A DNA stretch of 64,000 bases from Octopus vulgaris (lineage: Eukaryota), in NCBI GenBank assembly GCA_951406725.2, contig OX597816.1, positions 105,958,001 through 106,022,000 of the forward strand, given 5' to 3'. The notes beneath the pieces were generated by a model, which saw only the letters and a list, made by a program, of their open reading frames with translations, was not told the origin of the DNA and searched no databases. Position numbers and translations under genes: made by a program. Of this stretch, positions 40,032 to 53,867 are shown piece after piece. How positions within the stretch are numbered: position 1 is the stretch's first letter; the number at the start of each line of letters is the position of its first letter.

Positions 40032-42038
40032 AGCATGGAAAAGTGAATAGGAAAATGATGATGAGAAGGAGGATATGACAGGCAAAGTGGACCTAGGCAG
40101 AATTGGAACTCAGAACATAAAGGTAGTCAAATAAATACTACAAAGTGTTTTGTCCATCACCCTGCCAACTCTACCAATACATCACCTTTATAATATTGAA
40201 TCCTAACATAGGTACAAGGCCATAAATTTGGGGGTAAAAACAGTTCAATCAACCTCAGAATCTGACTGGTACTTACTTTATCAACTACCTGAAGAATAAA
40301 ATATAAAATTCACCTCAATGTAATTTGAACTCAGAGCATAAATAGATATTACTAACCACCATACAGCATTTTGCAAGTTACTTTATCAATTTTATCAAAC
40401 TACTACCATATTGGAATGTTATAACATTAAGATGCTTTTAAATTATTGGAGGTTACTTATTGGTAGGTTTCAGTAGTAGTTTTGCTTCATTGTTACAGTA
40501 TCACAAAAAAACTATTATATCTCTTAGGTTTATACAATGAACATATCTAATTTGTTATAAGTTATAATTTAGTTGTAAATTAGTCTTGATTAATCAGAAC
40601 TATGATTAAAGGTGTTACAGCTATAATGATGCTTTCCTTTATTTCAGACATAGATATATTTAGAAACATTATCCAGTGCCTCCTAATTTTCTAAAATGGC
40701 AAGGTATAATTTGAGGGTAAGTTGGCCACTTTCTAAGTTGAGCAATCCCATGGACATTCCTTCACAACCTAGAAGAGTGAAGACTCTCTATCATCAGTTA
40801 TGACTATATCAGATTGCATTTTACCAGAAATTTCTTTGCAATCAAGAAACAGACAACTGTGATGGCATACCTTGAAAATGAACTCTAGGTACTACACACA
40901 CACACACAGATGTGATGGAAAATGTCAACTGTATATGATAATAAAACAAAAAAATATCATAGATTGGGCTTCACAAGTGGAAATATGAATAGAGAACAAA
41001 TTCATTCATACCATTTAACATAAGAAATTATAACTGAAATATTTCAAGTTAAACATCTATTAAATATGTTGCAAAGGAGATCTTAAAATGTCCTGAAAAG
41101 AGTAGAGGTGGCCAATTTTACCAGATAAATTGTTTACTTGAAATAATTATTTCAGCAAAAAAACAAAAAGATTTTTGAACAGTTGTGCCAAAGCCTACTA
41201 TTTTTATATCCATTCCAAATCCTACTATTTTTATATCCATCCTATAATTATTGGTACACTCACTCACATTACCAAGTATTTAACTGAGCCAATGAAGGTA
41301 TGTTTGCATGACCTCCAAAAAACTGTAACTAATTTTCATATCACAGCTTGACTTTCTTCAGAATAATTGAAGGAATTAGACAAATTGACTATAGTTCTAC
41401 AAAAGATAAGATTACCATGGTTGGGTTGTACAGATCTGTATGATCAGAGAACAGATATGGGTGTATAATTAAAACATTTGCTTTGCAGCTCTGTGGTTAC
41501 AAGTTTAATACCACTGCACAACATCATGGGTAAGTGTCTTCTACAATGGCTTCAGGCCAATTAAAGCCTTGTGAATGAGATTTCGTAGATGAAAACTGTG
41601 AAAGTCCATCAAATAGAATTTTCCTGCCTTTGAGTGCCATAATCAGTGTCCATTCAGTTGCAAGCATTTGGACCAGGTATCTCGTCTGAGGATAACATTG
41701 TTCCTTCTACCCATAAATATTGGAAACCCTGAAAATGGTCATAGGTATTGCAGTTCTTCCTCTGACTAAGTCATATTAGGAAATTAAAAAGGCATTGTTT
41801 TGGAGCTGAACAACAACAAAATCCATCATAAACTTCAGAAAGCCAGGATTTCTTTTGCGTCACAATAAAACTCCATAATCAAATTTTTGACAATTCAAAT
41901 GATATAGAACAGTTCTCTGAAATAACTGCAAAGTAGATGTAAATATTTCAAAAAAAATATTAAGTTCTTGAATGTACCCTGGGGTCTTTTTACATAGATT
42001 AACATTCAGCAATACAAGAAACGCATACACATACACAT

Positions 42039-42069
<31 letters not shown>

Positions 42070-44292
42070 TCAAAAATTCATAGCCTAAGGAAGCCAAAGG
42101 TGCAAGTAAGAGAGACAACCTCCCATTCCATCCTTCCTGGTCATCAGCCACCTTGTGTTTTTTCTCCATCTTTTGTGTTCATTCCCTGATATTAACTCTC
42201 TCTCTTCTTCCCACTCTCTCCCAATAGATATATACAAATACATGTGTATGTGTATGTGTGTTGTGTGCACACGTACATACACACACACAGACAAATGTAA
42301 AAAATATAAAGCTCTACCAAGATGTTACAGGAAATGTCAACTGTACAAAATAAAAATAATGAGATGTTATCCATGGACAGGTCTTTTCTACTGAAAATGC
42401 TGAAAATATCAATGATGTAGAATAAATCCATCTATCTTGGAAAGTACATTAATCTATTTCAAGTAACATCCCAAAATAATCAGCTACATCCCAATAGCAC
42501 AACATAAATTGATCTGCTCAAGTCAACAAGGGATTTTCAATATGGTCACTCAAAGTGCTAGAAATAGAAGCCTTATTGTCTTTATATTACACCCTACTTT
42601 TTACAAAAAAAACTGTGTGTAAAATGTTAAGATGTGGTTGTGTGGTTGAAAAGCTTGCTTCCCAACCATCTAGTTTTGTGTTCAATCCCACTGCATGGCA
42701 GCCTAGGATCAACCAAAGCCTTTATAGTGGATTTGAAAATATGTAACCACAGTGGTGGTTAAATATTTTCTTAAGTCCACCATTTCATCAATTACAGCAG
42801 CTTCCAAGCTTCACCACTAATTCAGTTCTCAACTAAATTGCAAACTGTTAATAGTTTTAAAGAGGACACCTCCTCAGCTACACTTTGGCATAAATAGTTT
42901 GAAATTTGATTCAGTAGAAAAACAATTACATCAAAATATCTGCAACCTCAAGAGGGGCAGATATTCATCTTCAATTAACATAAATTCTTAAATTTTAAAT
43001 TAAAAGTATCCTTTTCTAAGGCTTAAATGATAGAAAATGCATGAGGAATTCAAAATCGTTAGTTGTATTGAACAAAAATTAGTAGAAAATCAGTTATGAA
43101 GTAAAATATTACGAAATTTTATGTCAAGTAAGGGAATAGCGCTTAAGCAATAAGAATAAAGAATATATTTCTAAAATGAATGTTTATATTCTAAGGCAGC
43201 GAGCTGACAGAAACGTTAGTGCGCTGGGTGAAATGTTTAGCTGTATTTTGTCTGTCTTTACATTTTGAGTTCAAATTTTGCAGAGGTCGACTTTGACGTA
43301 CAGATTATTTAATTCATTTTTTTTAAGTAAATACTTTCAATACTGGTAGAATATGTCACATAGAACAGGGTTTACTCTTAACGTTTTTGACAAAATTTTG
43401 TATTTTAGAAGTTATTTCGTCAGAAGTTACAGAGTGACAATGGACAAATTTGTGTTTGATAAGTGCCAATACACGAAACTCTTAGCTTTTGACTTACTCT
43501 CTAACTTCTGCCAATGATATACATATTACATATTTGTGTAAAAATTCTCATCACGCAATCAAACCAGTGAAAGAGCCTCTACCTGCTCACTCAACACGCT
43601 AAAAATAGCAGCCAAAGTATCCCCCAACCTAAATTACATGCCCATTGTATGTAATGTCCTTGATTATCCCTAAAAAGATGGCTTACTGAAGGCTGGAATG
43701 TCTTTGATAGGTTTGCAGTATCAGGGTTGATTTGAGTCTAAATAACAACAACATTATGGTAAATTTCTACATTGACACCTGCACGATTTTCACTAAGTAA
43801 AAAAAACAAAAAATTTGATTTTTTGTGTGTAATCAAGTACCCTGACCACCTAATATACTGCAAATTCCTTATTTTGGTTCAGAAAAAATGAGGTGGGATT
43901 CCCCACCCCAATACCGGAATCACTGGAATTTTTTTTTTTTTTTTTCATTGAATGAATTCCAGTGACCTCCTAATATTACAAAATTAAGTTACTTAAGGTG
44001 AGCCTAGTAACTGATGGTTTTGGGGGTCTTGTTGTTTGTAACTTTTGGTGAGCCATGGTGCAACCAACAACATGGTAAAAATCCCTGCCATTAATTTGTT
44101 GTGGATGGGTAATATCAAATAATTCAATCACAACATATATTTAAATTAAACATGAAAAACATTGAAATATTATCATCACTTACATGGAAAAATCGAAATA
44201 TTATCTTTCAATATTTAATAAGGTAAAATCTTAAATTATTAATTGATACATTATTAATTATCTTATAACAGCAATGCCTGGAAAAGTCATAG

Positions 44293-44837
44293 ATTACATG
44301 GAAAAATGCAAGCATGAAAAGTAATATTCTTAAGATTATAAACCTGAAAAAGTGCAGGACAAGTCATTACACCTGTAAAAGTATAGAACAATCTATTACT
44401 TCTAGTAAAGAATAAGAAACTTTTTACTTAAAATATTGCAGCTAAAATCAAAATTTGGATATTAAAACTTATTTTATTACAAATAATACTATACTTATTT
44501 AAGTAGAATTTGGCTAATTTTCTGCCTTAAATAATAAGTATACTTACAAATAATACTATACTTATTTAAGTAGAATTGGCTAATTTACTACCTTAAATAC
44601 AGAAAAAAGTGACTAATTAGACAAACTTACAAATTAGCTGATCAGTTTTGCACAATAAATTTAAAAGATGAGAACTGTAAAGAGTGATAAATTAGAAGAA
44701 CTGGCATTCTTTGCTGCAATATTTTAAGTAAAAAGTTTCTTATTATTTACTTTCACAGGTGTAATAACTTGTCCTGTACTTTTCCAGGTTTATAATCTTA
44801 TGAATATTACTTTTCATGCTTGCATTTTCCATGTAAT
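44293..44837. repeat. Inverted repeat (~125-150 bp arms) enclosing a tandem duplication
   Basis: 44293-44442 pairs with 44713-44837. The spacer holds a ~56-bp direct repeat at 44477-44533 and 44544-44599. Confidence 0.9.
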
Positions 44838-44894
44838 ATACATATAGGTGTGTATCTATGTGTGTGAGTTTCTGTGTCTTTGTGTACTGAAGTC

Positions 44895-45463
44895 ATTTGA
44901 CTTAGTGGTTAGGGTATTCAGCTTTCAATTATAAGGTTTTGAGTTCAATTCCTGGCAGCATATTGTCTCCTGAGCAAGACACTTTATTTCATGTTGTTCC
45001 AGTCCACTCAGCCAGCAAAAACAAGTAATACCTGTATGTCAAAGAGCCAGCCTTGTCACATGTTGAATCTCCCTCAAAATTATGTTAAGGGTACGTGTAT
45101 CTGACAAGTGCTCAGCCACTTGCACATTAATTTTACAAGCAGGCTGTTCCATTGATCAGATCAACTTGGAATCCTCATAGCCATTACCAACAAAGTGAAA
45201 GTGTGTGTATGTGTGTGTGTTTGTGCATGTGTTTACATGTCCCTCTGTGTTTGTGCATGTCCCTCTGCATTTGTTCCCCACCACTGCTTGACAACCAGCA
45301 TTGGGTTTTTTATGTTCCTTTAACTTAGCAGTTTAGCAAAAGAGACCAGCAGAATAAATACCAGGCTTTAAAAAAATAAGTACTGGAGTTGAGGTATTCA
45401 AGCAAATCCTTCAAGATAATGCCCCAGCATAACCACAGTCCAATGACTGAAACAAGATAAAAG
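44895..45463 (+). mobile_element. Composite SINE: family C head, microsatellite, family A-type tail
   Basis: Head GACTTAGTGGTTAGGG...GAGTTCAATTCC...TGAGCAAGACACTT...CCAGTCCACTCAG. After a (TG)n tract comes the family A tail ...CCCCAGCATAACCACAGTCCAATGACTGAAAC. Confidence 0.7.
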
Positions 45464-45763
45464 AGGCATATTGATTCTACATGTCTACTGAGAAACACCA
45501 ATAGGTGTTCGATGAATTTCACTGAGGTTACACTTCTGTTGAGAAACATCAATATGTCCAGAGTTCTCAATGAAAAAAATATGAGTATTAATTCAAATTA
45601 ATATCTTTCTTTCACGGCATACTTGAGCTTACTTTAACAATTTAATACTCAAAGCATTAAATAGGATTTCATTCATTTAATTCATATATAACTTTTACTC
45701 TAAGGAACAACTTCACAAATCACTACCTGGAGTGTTATATTGCCACTATCATTTGGTGGTAAT
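45442..45763 (+). repeat. Source arm of a ~320-bp inverted duplication (partner 49206-49530)
   Basis: Near-identical reverse complement of 49206-49530. Confidence 0.95.
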
Positions 45764-45885
45764 TAAGCAACACTAATAATAAATCAAAAACACATAAAAA
45801 TAAACAAGCTTTTGACGGTTTTATAAATATTTCAAAATTATGATGCTATGATGCTAGGTGTTTCCATTATTTTGTCCAACTCCTG
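45764..45885. mobile_element. Tc1-like terminal fragment
   Basis: The reverse complement of 45857-45887 is TA+CAGGAGTTGGACAAAATAATGGAAACACC, a typical Tc1-type TIR with TA target. Confidence 0.6.
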
Positions 45886-47928
45886 TATATATAAACTCCA
45901 AACTGATTTCTATATAATTTGATAATTATTGTCTTGTAAGGCAGGAGAAAGACACAGAAGGATAGCCTGCTAAATAGACAGACAATTTATATTAGGTGTT
46001 ATGACAGTTAAATACAGCAGACATATATACTATATTTGTTTTCTAATTTGTCTTTTTAAATATATTTTTTTCTATTATGTTTTTGTGTTAAATTATTTTT
46101 ATATTCTTTGCCTGTTTTTTCTTGATATTTTATAAATTTATTTTATATGTATATTATACATACATATGTATACTTTTTATTTATCTTTATTCATAATTAT
46201 GTTTTTGGAGTTTTTCTTTTTTCAAATTCTATTTTACACTATAATTTGTGTTATTTTATGTTACTTTCTTATATTCAATTATTTTCTTTTAAATTTTAAT
46301 TTCAAAAAGACATTTTCTGGAAAACAGCTTCAGCTAAGAAGATTGCGTTTCTAATTGTCTAAATGTCTTTCAACTTATAAATATGCTATTGTATTACATT
46401 ATAGTAAATTATATTACTGCAAAATAAAATAAATATCTCTCTATGATGGTGAAAACATTAGTTTGATGATTGATTGTTACAAGTTGAAATTAGGTTTGAC
46501 CAATAAACAGAATTCATTCATAAGACAAAAAATATTAATATTGAAAGATTGATTATGTATAAATATTTTATATGACCCATTGAACAGCTACCATGAATAG
46601 TAGTTGTAACAATTATGCTGATTAAAAAATAAATTAACTTGTAGAAAGATTGGTATGTATAAATAAGAATTTTGAAATTTCACTACTGCTAATGAAATAA
46701 AGGCGGTGGTGGGTTGGTGGAAACACGGAGCGTTAGATTGAATGCATTACAGTATTTACTTCATTCTTCTACATTGAGAGTTCAGTTCTTGTTGAAAACA
46801 AATTTTTCTCTTCTTCACCTATAATAAAATATGCATAAAGAATATACTAGATTGTGTTATACATCTTGCCTGTGAACCTTTCTGAACCAATAAGTGACTT
46901 TTGTGTTTACTCACTTCTGGAAAAATAGCAACAAAATTTCCTTCAAACGCCACATTACTAGCTTATATCAAAGAATCACACATTTGATAATGTAGTGCTA
47001 TACATTATGGTTGAGAAAAAAAAGGAGAGAAGATGGGCCAGTCATGGTTTAAATATCTTCGATTTTAGATGTGTTCTATCAAGTCTGACATGAGGCTAAA
47101 CAACTTGACCTTGTATATAGTCAATTATAATCAAACAGGAGTAAGTTTTACTCCTAATATAATTAGAGAAGTAAAATGACTAGATGATGACTACATCGGT
47201 CATCACACATATTGGGCCACCAGCTCATAGTCATCAGTTCAAACATTTTGCAAATATTTTTCAACAGTATGTGCATCCAAAACTAAGTGCTCTTTTTTTA
47301 AGGCAGTAGAATGTGATTTGAGAGAGATTTGATTGTTTCATTCGCTTGAATGATCCTTTAGAAGTTGCATTTTTGGTTCCTTCAACATTAATGAAGTTAA
47401 TTATTGCCTTAAAAAAATATCTATTTTCTATGAAGATATTGACACTGTTCTATTTGGAATAAATGGGCCATTATGGGACTAACAGCTCTGAGATTAAGAT
47501 CCTGGACAGTAAGAAATATAGTCAATGGGTCAAAACTTGCTATCGCATTGTTTCTCAAGACAAGGTACATTACTCTACAAGTCTCAGCTATGCTAGGAAT
47601 ACCCGCTTCAACATTAACAGATTTCAACGAGAAGGAGTGTTTGGTTGTTTAATAGTTTGTTCAACAATATGAAAATATCTTGAATTCATTAAAACTACAT
47701 CATGTTCTAGCAAGGAAAACTGAAGATAAAATCAAATTCATTAATAGGAATCTATTTTATTATAGAAGAGTTTGAAGGTTTAATATGTCCTGAATCCTTT
47801 AACCAAATTTATCAATTCAGCTTCTTGTCTTGAAGCAGCAGCTACATCAATCTATACTGTCAATCTATGCTATCACAGAATATTGATTTTAAAACATTAT
47901 ATATATATGTGTGTGTGTGTATACATAC

Positions 47929-47965
<37 letters not shown>

Positions 47966-47968
47966 TAC

Positions 47969-48053
<85 letters not shown>

Positions 48054-48054
48054 C

Positions 48055-49000
48055 ACCATTTAACGTCTGTTTTCCAAGCTGGTGTAAGTTGGATTGTTTG
48101 ACAGGATCTGGTGAGCTGTGGGGCTGCGCTGAGTTCAAGTGTCAGCTTTGGTATGGTTTTTACTGATGGTTGCTCTTCCTGATGTCAACCACATTACAGT
48201 GTGTATTGGTACATCTTTTTTGTGAGGTTGCAAAACAGAAAAAGAACAGGGAAAAGTCCCTACTACTAAATGATGGTGGTGTTTGAGAGGGGAGAGATTG
48301 TTTTATGCCAAGTGTTCAAAGGCTAAGGTATGATAGTGAGACAAATACAAGTATTTTGCTTTAGAGGAAGTACATGGCTATTACATATTATATAGGGATG
48401 AGTAAGTGTAGTTAGGAAGGAGATAAATGAAGTTAATGATGGGGTACCAGAACAAATCTTCATGGTACAAGAAGGTGAGCATAAGAGAGAATATGGACAG
48501 TGGCTTACAGAGGTGGAAAGAGTAACAGATAGTTAGAGATGGGAATAGAAGCGAATATAGTGAGTGATGAGCAAAGGTGGAGGTGTGGTTGATGGGAAAT
48601 ATCAGTATGGAGAGATGTAAGGTGAGAGAGATAAAAGTGACTCAGAAAGGATAGATCAGAAGGTAGGGGAATGATGTGCAATGTGCAGGAATGACAGGGG
48701 GGGGGGGATATGTAGGGTACATAAGGGTGATAACAGATATGAGAGGATACTGAGAAAGATAGTAGAAATGTGAGGTGTTAAAATGGAGTATGGCTGAGAA
48801 GAGAGGTAAATGAAGACACAGAGAGAAGGTGATTGGTGAAAATAGTGAGGATGAGGAAAAACAGATAATGGGGACAAAGAATTGAAGTGGTTCTAATGGG
48901 GAGTAGGTAATTGGTAGTTTGAAGAAAGGGGTAGGAGTAATATGTCCCAATACTTCCCTCAAGTGGTTACAGTTGCCCAATAGTGCTATAGATAGAGAAG
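48055..49000 (-). mobile_element. RTE-3'UTR-derived element (family D core plus purine-rich extension)
   Basis: Family D tail in reverse at 48055-48230, followed by a GA-rich stretch resembling the reverse of the CT-rich regions at ~3900-4480 and 61960-62380. Confidence 0.55.
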
Positions 49001-49205
49001 TGGTGGAGGACTGAGTGTTAGAAGAACAATATGTGGCGTATTCTTGACAGTGCAGACTGGGTTACAGGTATAGACAGAATGCTTTTAGATAAAACCAAAT
49101 AATGATTAGAAATTTATGTATACAATGAAGCAAATGAGTACGCAATAGAGAGAGATAGAGAGGAATAATTTTCATTTGAAACTATGAAGATATACTGAGT
49201 TTTGC

Positions 49206-49530
49206 ATTACCACCAAATGATAGTGGCAGTATAACACTCCAGGTAGTGATTTGTGAAGTTGTTCCTTAGAGTAAAAGTTATATATGAATTAAATGAATGA
49301 AATCATATTTAATGCTTTGAGTATTAAATTGTTAAAGTAAGCTCAAGTATGCCATGAAAGAAAGATATTAATGTGAATTAATACTCATGTTATTTTTTTC
49401 ATTGAGAACTCTGGACATATTGGTGTTTCTCAACAGAAGTGTAACCTCAGTGAAATTCATCGAAAACCTAATAGTGTTTCTCAGTAGACATGTAGAATCA
49501 ATATGCCTCTTTTGTTTTGTTTCAGTCATT
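49206..49530 (-). repeat. Derived arm of inverted duplication
   Basis: Reverse complement of 45442-45763. It carries only the last ~22 nt of the SINE tail. Confidence 0.95.
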
Positions 49531-50106
49531 CTTGTATCTATCCCTCAAATGAATATGTAAATAAAATTTACAAACAACTGCTATGATTAAGCAAAATACA
49601 AAAGGCAAATATAGACAGACACCTCATAAAAAGGAATATCTATGGAAGAGGAAAGCATTCATTTTTATGTTAGTGACCAAATAATTATTGCTGGGGTGGA
49701 GGTTGTACTGAAATCATAGTAGTTAAAGGTAAGAAAGAAGTAAAATAAGTCCATAGGGCTATCTTATTATAACTATTTATAACAAGGTTTCTTCAAAAAC
49801 CAAAAAGGAAGCTACTTTGTGGTCATCTGGTCTGTGAAAAGTAGACAAATATCCCACCATCTTAAAAAAAGAGGACTTGTTTGATTACAGAATCTTAAAA
49901 AGCTGGAATGATCATGATGGAAATCCTAAGCAACAGCAAAAACAGAGTACCTCCATGTGAACTCAATGTAGCATGTGTATGGAGTCTGATGTTGTATGGC
50001 TCTGAATATAGAAGATGTGAAGTAGTTAGAGAAAGATAACTTCCATGAAAGTGAAGCACAAGCAAGCTGAGAGAGTGTCTGATCATAAAAGGTATGAGAT
50101 AAGTCT

Positions 50107-50880
50107 TCAAAAAGTCTTCATGTGAACGTGACCTGGGTGTTATTGTCGACAGTGATTTGCGTTGGACAAAACACATTGCTAAAATTGTCAAGAAGGCTGA
50201 GGGTGTCTTGGCATCACTCACCAAATCCTTTGTGAGCCGCTCTCCGGCTATCTATCTGCGGCTTTATATAGCTATGGTAAGACCTCACCTGGAATTTGCA
50301 TCACCGGTCTGGAACCCCTATCTTGCCCAGGATATCAATCGTCTGGAAGCTGTTCAGCGACGTGCAACCAAAAGAATACCCTCCATCAGGCATTTGCCAT
50401 ATCCTGAACGCCTTACTTCCCTGGGCATGGACACATTGAAACTCCGACGTCTGGCAGCTGACTTGACAGACACCCATAAAATTATCAACCATCGTACAAA
50501 CAATAACTCTGAGCACCTTTTCAAACTCCACCCATCTAACACCCGTGGACATATTTACAAAGTAAGAAAACAGCACAGCTCCCATCACTTCAGGAAACAT
50601 TTTTTCATGCTGAGAGTTGCTGAAGCATGGAACAAACTGCCGGCATCAGTTGTTAGTTGTCGGAGCACTGTATCCTTCAAAACTTCCATGCTTCCTGAGA
50701 TTCGCCAACACTACACTTGATTTTCTTCCCTCCATACACACACAAGCATGTATCTGACTCATACATTGTTTGCTTTCCAGACATTTCTACATTACTGCAT
50801 GTACTTTATATGCACTTTCTGACAAGTTGTGGTGCACCTGAGCACTGTATACAATAATTTCATTATTATATTATTATATA
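50107..50880 (+). mobile_element. 5'-truncated CR1-clade LINE (RT C-terminus plus 3' UTR)
   Basis: Uninterrupted frame ERDLGVIVDSDLRWTKHI...VRPHLEFASPVWNPY...LEAVQRRATKRIP...YPERL...WNKLP with stop at 50720. The 3' UTR ends in an (ATT)-rich tail. Confidence 0.9.
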
Positions 50881-51935
50881 ATATATACAAGAGAGACGGA
50901 TGCTTTCATATGGATATGTGAGGTGAAAATGCATAGTTTACAAATAATAAAGAATGCCAGAGACAAAAGAAAACAGGTTTCAGGATGGTGTGACTCACAG
51001 GAGTTGCACAAGAAGCAATTTGTCATAGTGTAAAACTTGTTCAGATTGTGCCAGCATAAAGAAAAAAAAACAGACATTAAATTAATGAAGTGTTAAAGTG
51101 GTGATGAATTAATGATATAATCAGGAAAGCATTATTGCTAGAAATAGCAGCCAAATTTCCCTCAACTCACAACCTCTGTTTTCTTCATGAGGTTCAGTTC
51201 CCTATGACTTAATTCTTCTTATATCTTCTTTTTTTCAAAAGTCCCTTCCTCTAAAATAACTTTTTATCCAGTTACATCTTTCATATACATCACATGTCTG
51301 TACAAGTGCAGATTTCCTGCTTGCATGCTACAGCTGATTCCTCTTATACCCAGTTTATCTCTCAGCCCATTTGCTCTTTACTAATCATGCACACTATCTT
51401 GAATTCTGCAATCCAGCATGAAACGGTATTCTATCTTATGCTCAATGAAAATTATATCAATCTCATCAAGGAATGTTAACATGAAGAAACTTATTCAGGA
51501 AATAAAGCATCTTATGTATGTATTGGAAAGCACTTTTCTTTAAGAAAGGATCACATGAAGAATTTGCTAAATGAAATTCAAATTCAAGGCAAGAAAATGC
51601 TCACTGTAAATCAAAACGCTAAAAGCTTTTAAAATCTGGCCTAAAGCTTTCAAGACACCTTAATTAATGGCTTGAAGCATTCTATAACTCTAGAAAACTG
51701 TATCCCTTCAGAGAAAATATTAAACATTATTACTGTTGAGTCAGATTTGTATAAACGGTCCTGCCTTTAATCTTACTATTACAAAAATTATAAGAATGCT
51801 AATCCTAAAATTTATGATCTTATTAACCAACTCTATTTTATGTTTCTTGTATATTGTGTGTAATATGTATGGAATAGATATAAATCTAGCATATGAAAGT
51901 ATATCTTCTTCAATATACATATAAACATGCATATA

Positions 51936-52196
51936 CAATTGCAGTCAAAAGTTTGAAACACAGGCCTGAAAATTAGAATTTTTATATTAAATGTCCAAAG
52001 TTATATTTAATTTGCAATACATTATTACTTGGCCAAAAGTTTGGATCATAGGTCTGAAAATTTTTTCTTCTAGATATTGAACCTTTGGATCAGTTATTAG
52101 GTGAGTATATCTCTACATTGTATCTATTTGAATTGAATTGTAGTTGGGCATAATATTTTTTTCTTTTTTTATGATCCAAACTTTTGATCACAGCTG
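51936..52196. mobile_element. Tc1/mariner-derived MITE
   Basis: TA-flanked imperfect TIRs CAATTGCAGTCAAAAGTTTGAAACA / TGATCCAAACTTTTGATCACAGCTG, with an internal direct repeat of the TIR core at 52030-52062. Confidence 0.7.
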
Positions 52197-52286
52197 TAAG
52201 TGTAAGCAAGGCAATATTTACCCATGGCCAGACATGATTCGAATGACATTCATTTACAATAATCACATGATGTCAAGACATAGACA

Positions 52287-52340
<54 letters not shown>

Positions 52341-52544
52341 GGTCTTCTTTCAGCTTTCTTTTACTCAAGATGCAACACAGTGGGACTGAAGTTGAAACTA
52401 TGAGGTTGGGAAGTAAAAATTTTAATCACATATTCATTCACTGTGTGTGTGTGTGTGTGATATGTGTCTGTGTGTATGTTTGTTGGTTTATATGTATGTA
52501 CATACTTATAGATGTGTACATATACATATGCTAGCCACTGGTAT

Positions 52545-53730
52545 CATACAAGCAAAGACACAGGCTTGAAAAGATTGGAGAAATGATGGAAGCAAAGAGT
52601 TATCAGGTAGCCAAAAGGGAATCTAGGCAACAGCTTTATCTAGCAAGGGCATAAGTAGAAAGGAAGAGGTTTGTAAATGTCTCACAGCATAAAGATCAGA
52701 AAATTGAGTTGTTGCAGATTGCTAGACATTGTGTCAAAGAGAATCAGGATGTTGTGGGAAAGAAGTGCATACAGATGGATAATGGCATGCTTGCACTCAG
52801 TAACTCCAAAAAGAAAGAGGTGTGGAAGTGATACAATGAAAGGCTGTTAAATGTGGAGAATGAATGGGAAAAAGAGAATCTCCCTTATGTGAACCCAACA
52901 GAGGGACCAGCTATCTGTGTTGAGAGCAGCATGATAGGATAAAGCAATTAAGGATATGAAGACAGGTAAAGCTCTTGGTCCACTGGGAGTTACTGTTGAG
53001 ATGCTTAAAATATCTTGTGGAGTAAGATACGGTCTAGTCACCCATATAGTTAATCAGATTATTCAGGAAGATGCCATCACCAATGAGTGGTGTAGCAGCA
53101 TTATAGTCAGCTGCTACAAAGATAAGGGAGATGTCTTAGATAGAAGTAATTAAAGAGGTATCAAATTGTTGGACCAGGTTATGAAAGTTACAGAAAGAGT
53201 TATGGCCCAGTTAATCAGAAACAGAATTAGATTAGATGAAATGTAGTTTGGCTTTGTGCTGGAGAGAAGCACTAGTGACGCTATCCTTATAGTCAAACAA
53301 CTGCAGAAGTATTTGACTAAGAATAAACCAGTGTACTTCATATTTGTTGATTTGGAGAGCCTTTGACAGAGTACCCCTCTTTGTGATATGGTGGGCTCTG
53401 AGAAAGCTAGGGGTGGACAAGGGACTAGTGAAAGCTGTACAGGCTATGAACAGAAATTCTGTCAGCAAGGTGAAAGTTAACCAAGAGTAGAGTGATGAAT
53501 TTAGTGTACAAGTAGGTTTTTCTCAGGTTTTAGTTCTCAGTCCCCTTCTCTTCATCATTGTCCTCCAGACCATAACAGAGGAATTCAATATCAGTTGCCC
53601 CTGAGAACTGAAAGATGCTGATGACCATGCTCTCATAGCAGATTCTGTAACACAACTAGAAAAGAAATTCCAGGTGTGGAAGCAAAACCTGGAATCAAAA
53701 GACCTTATGGTTAACTTAGCAAATACTAAA
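52545..53730 (+). mobile_element. Decayed RTE LINE ORF fragment
   Basis: MKTGKALGPLGVTVEMLK...YKDKGD...GIKLLDQVMKVTERV...DLE.AFDRVP...LSPLLF, with several stops and frameshifts. Confidence 0.9.
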
Positions 53731-53867
53731 TGTGATCTTCCACACACAAACACTACTATATACATACACACACACACACATATATATATGTATATATGTA
53801 TGTGTATATGTATGTATATATATGTATATATATATATATTTTATATATATAGGTATATATCAATGTA

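Noticed and set aside
43920-43965. 11-bp inverted repeat around poly-T
   Set aside because: Too short to distinguish from chance, and bacterial terminator logic does not apply to this DNA.
47421-47672. Overlapping ORFs on both strands in more complex sequence, inside the loop of the 45.4/49.2-kb inverted duplication
   Set aside because: I could not support any domain or splice-site pair. A BLASTx search would be needed.
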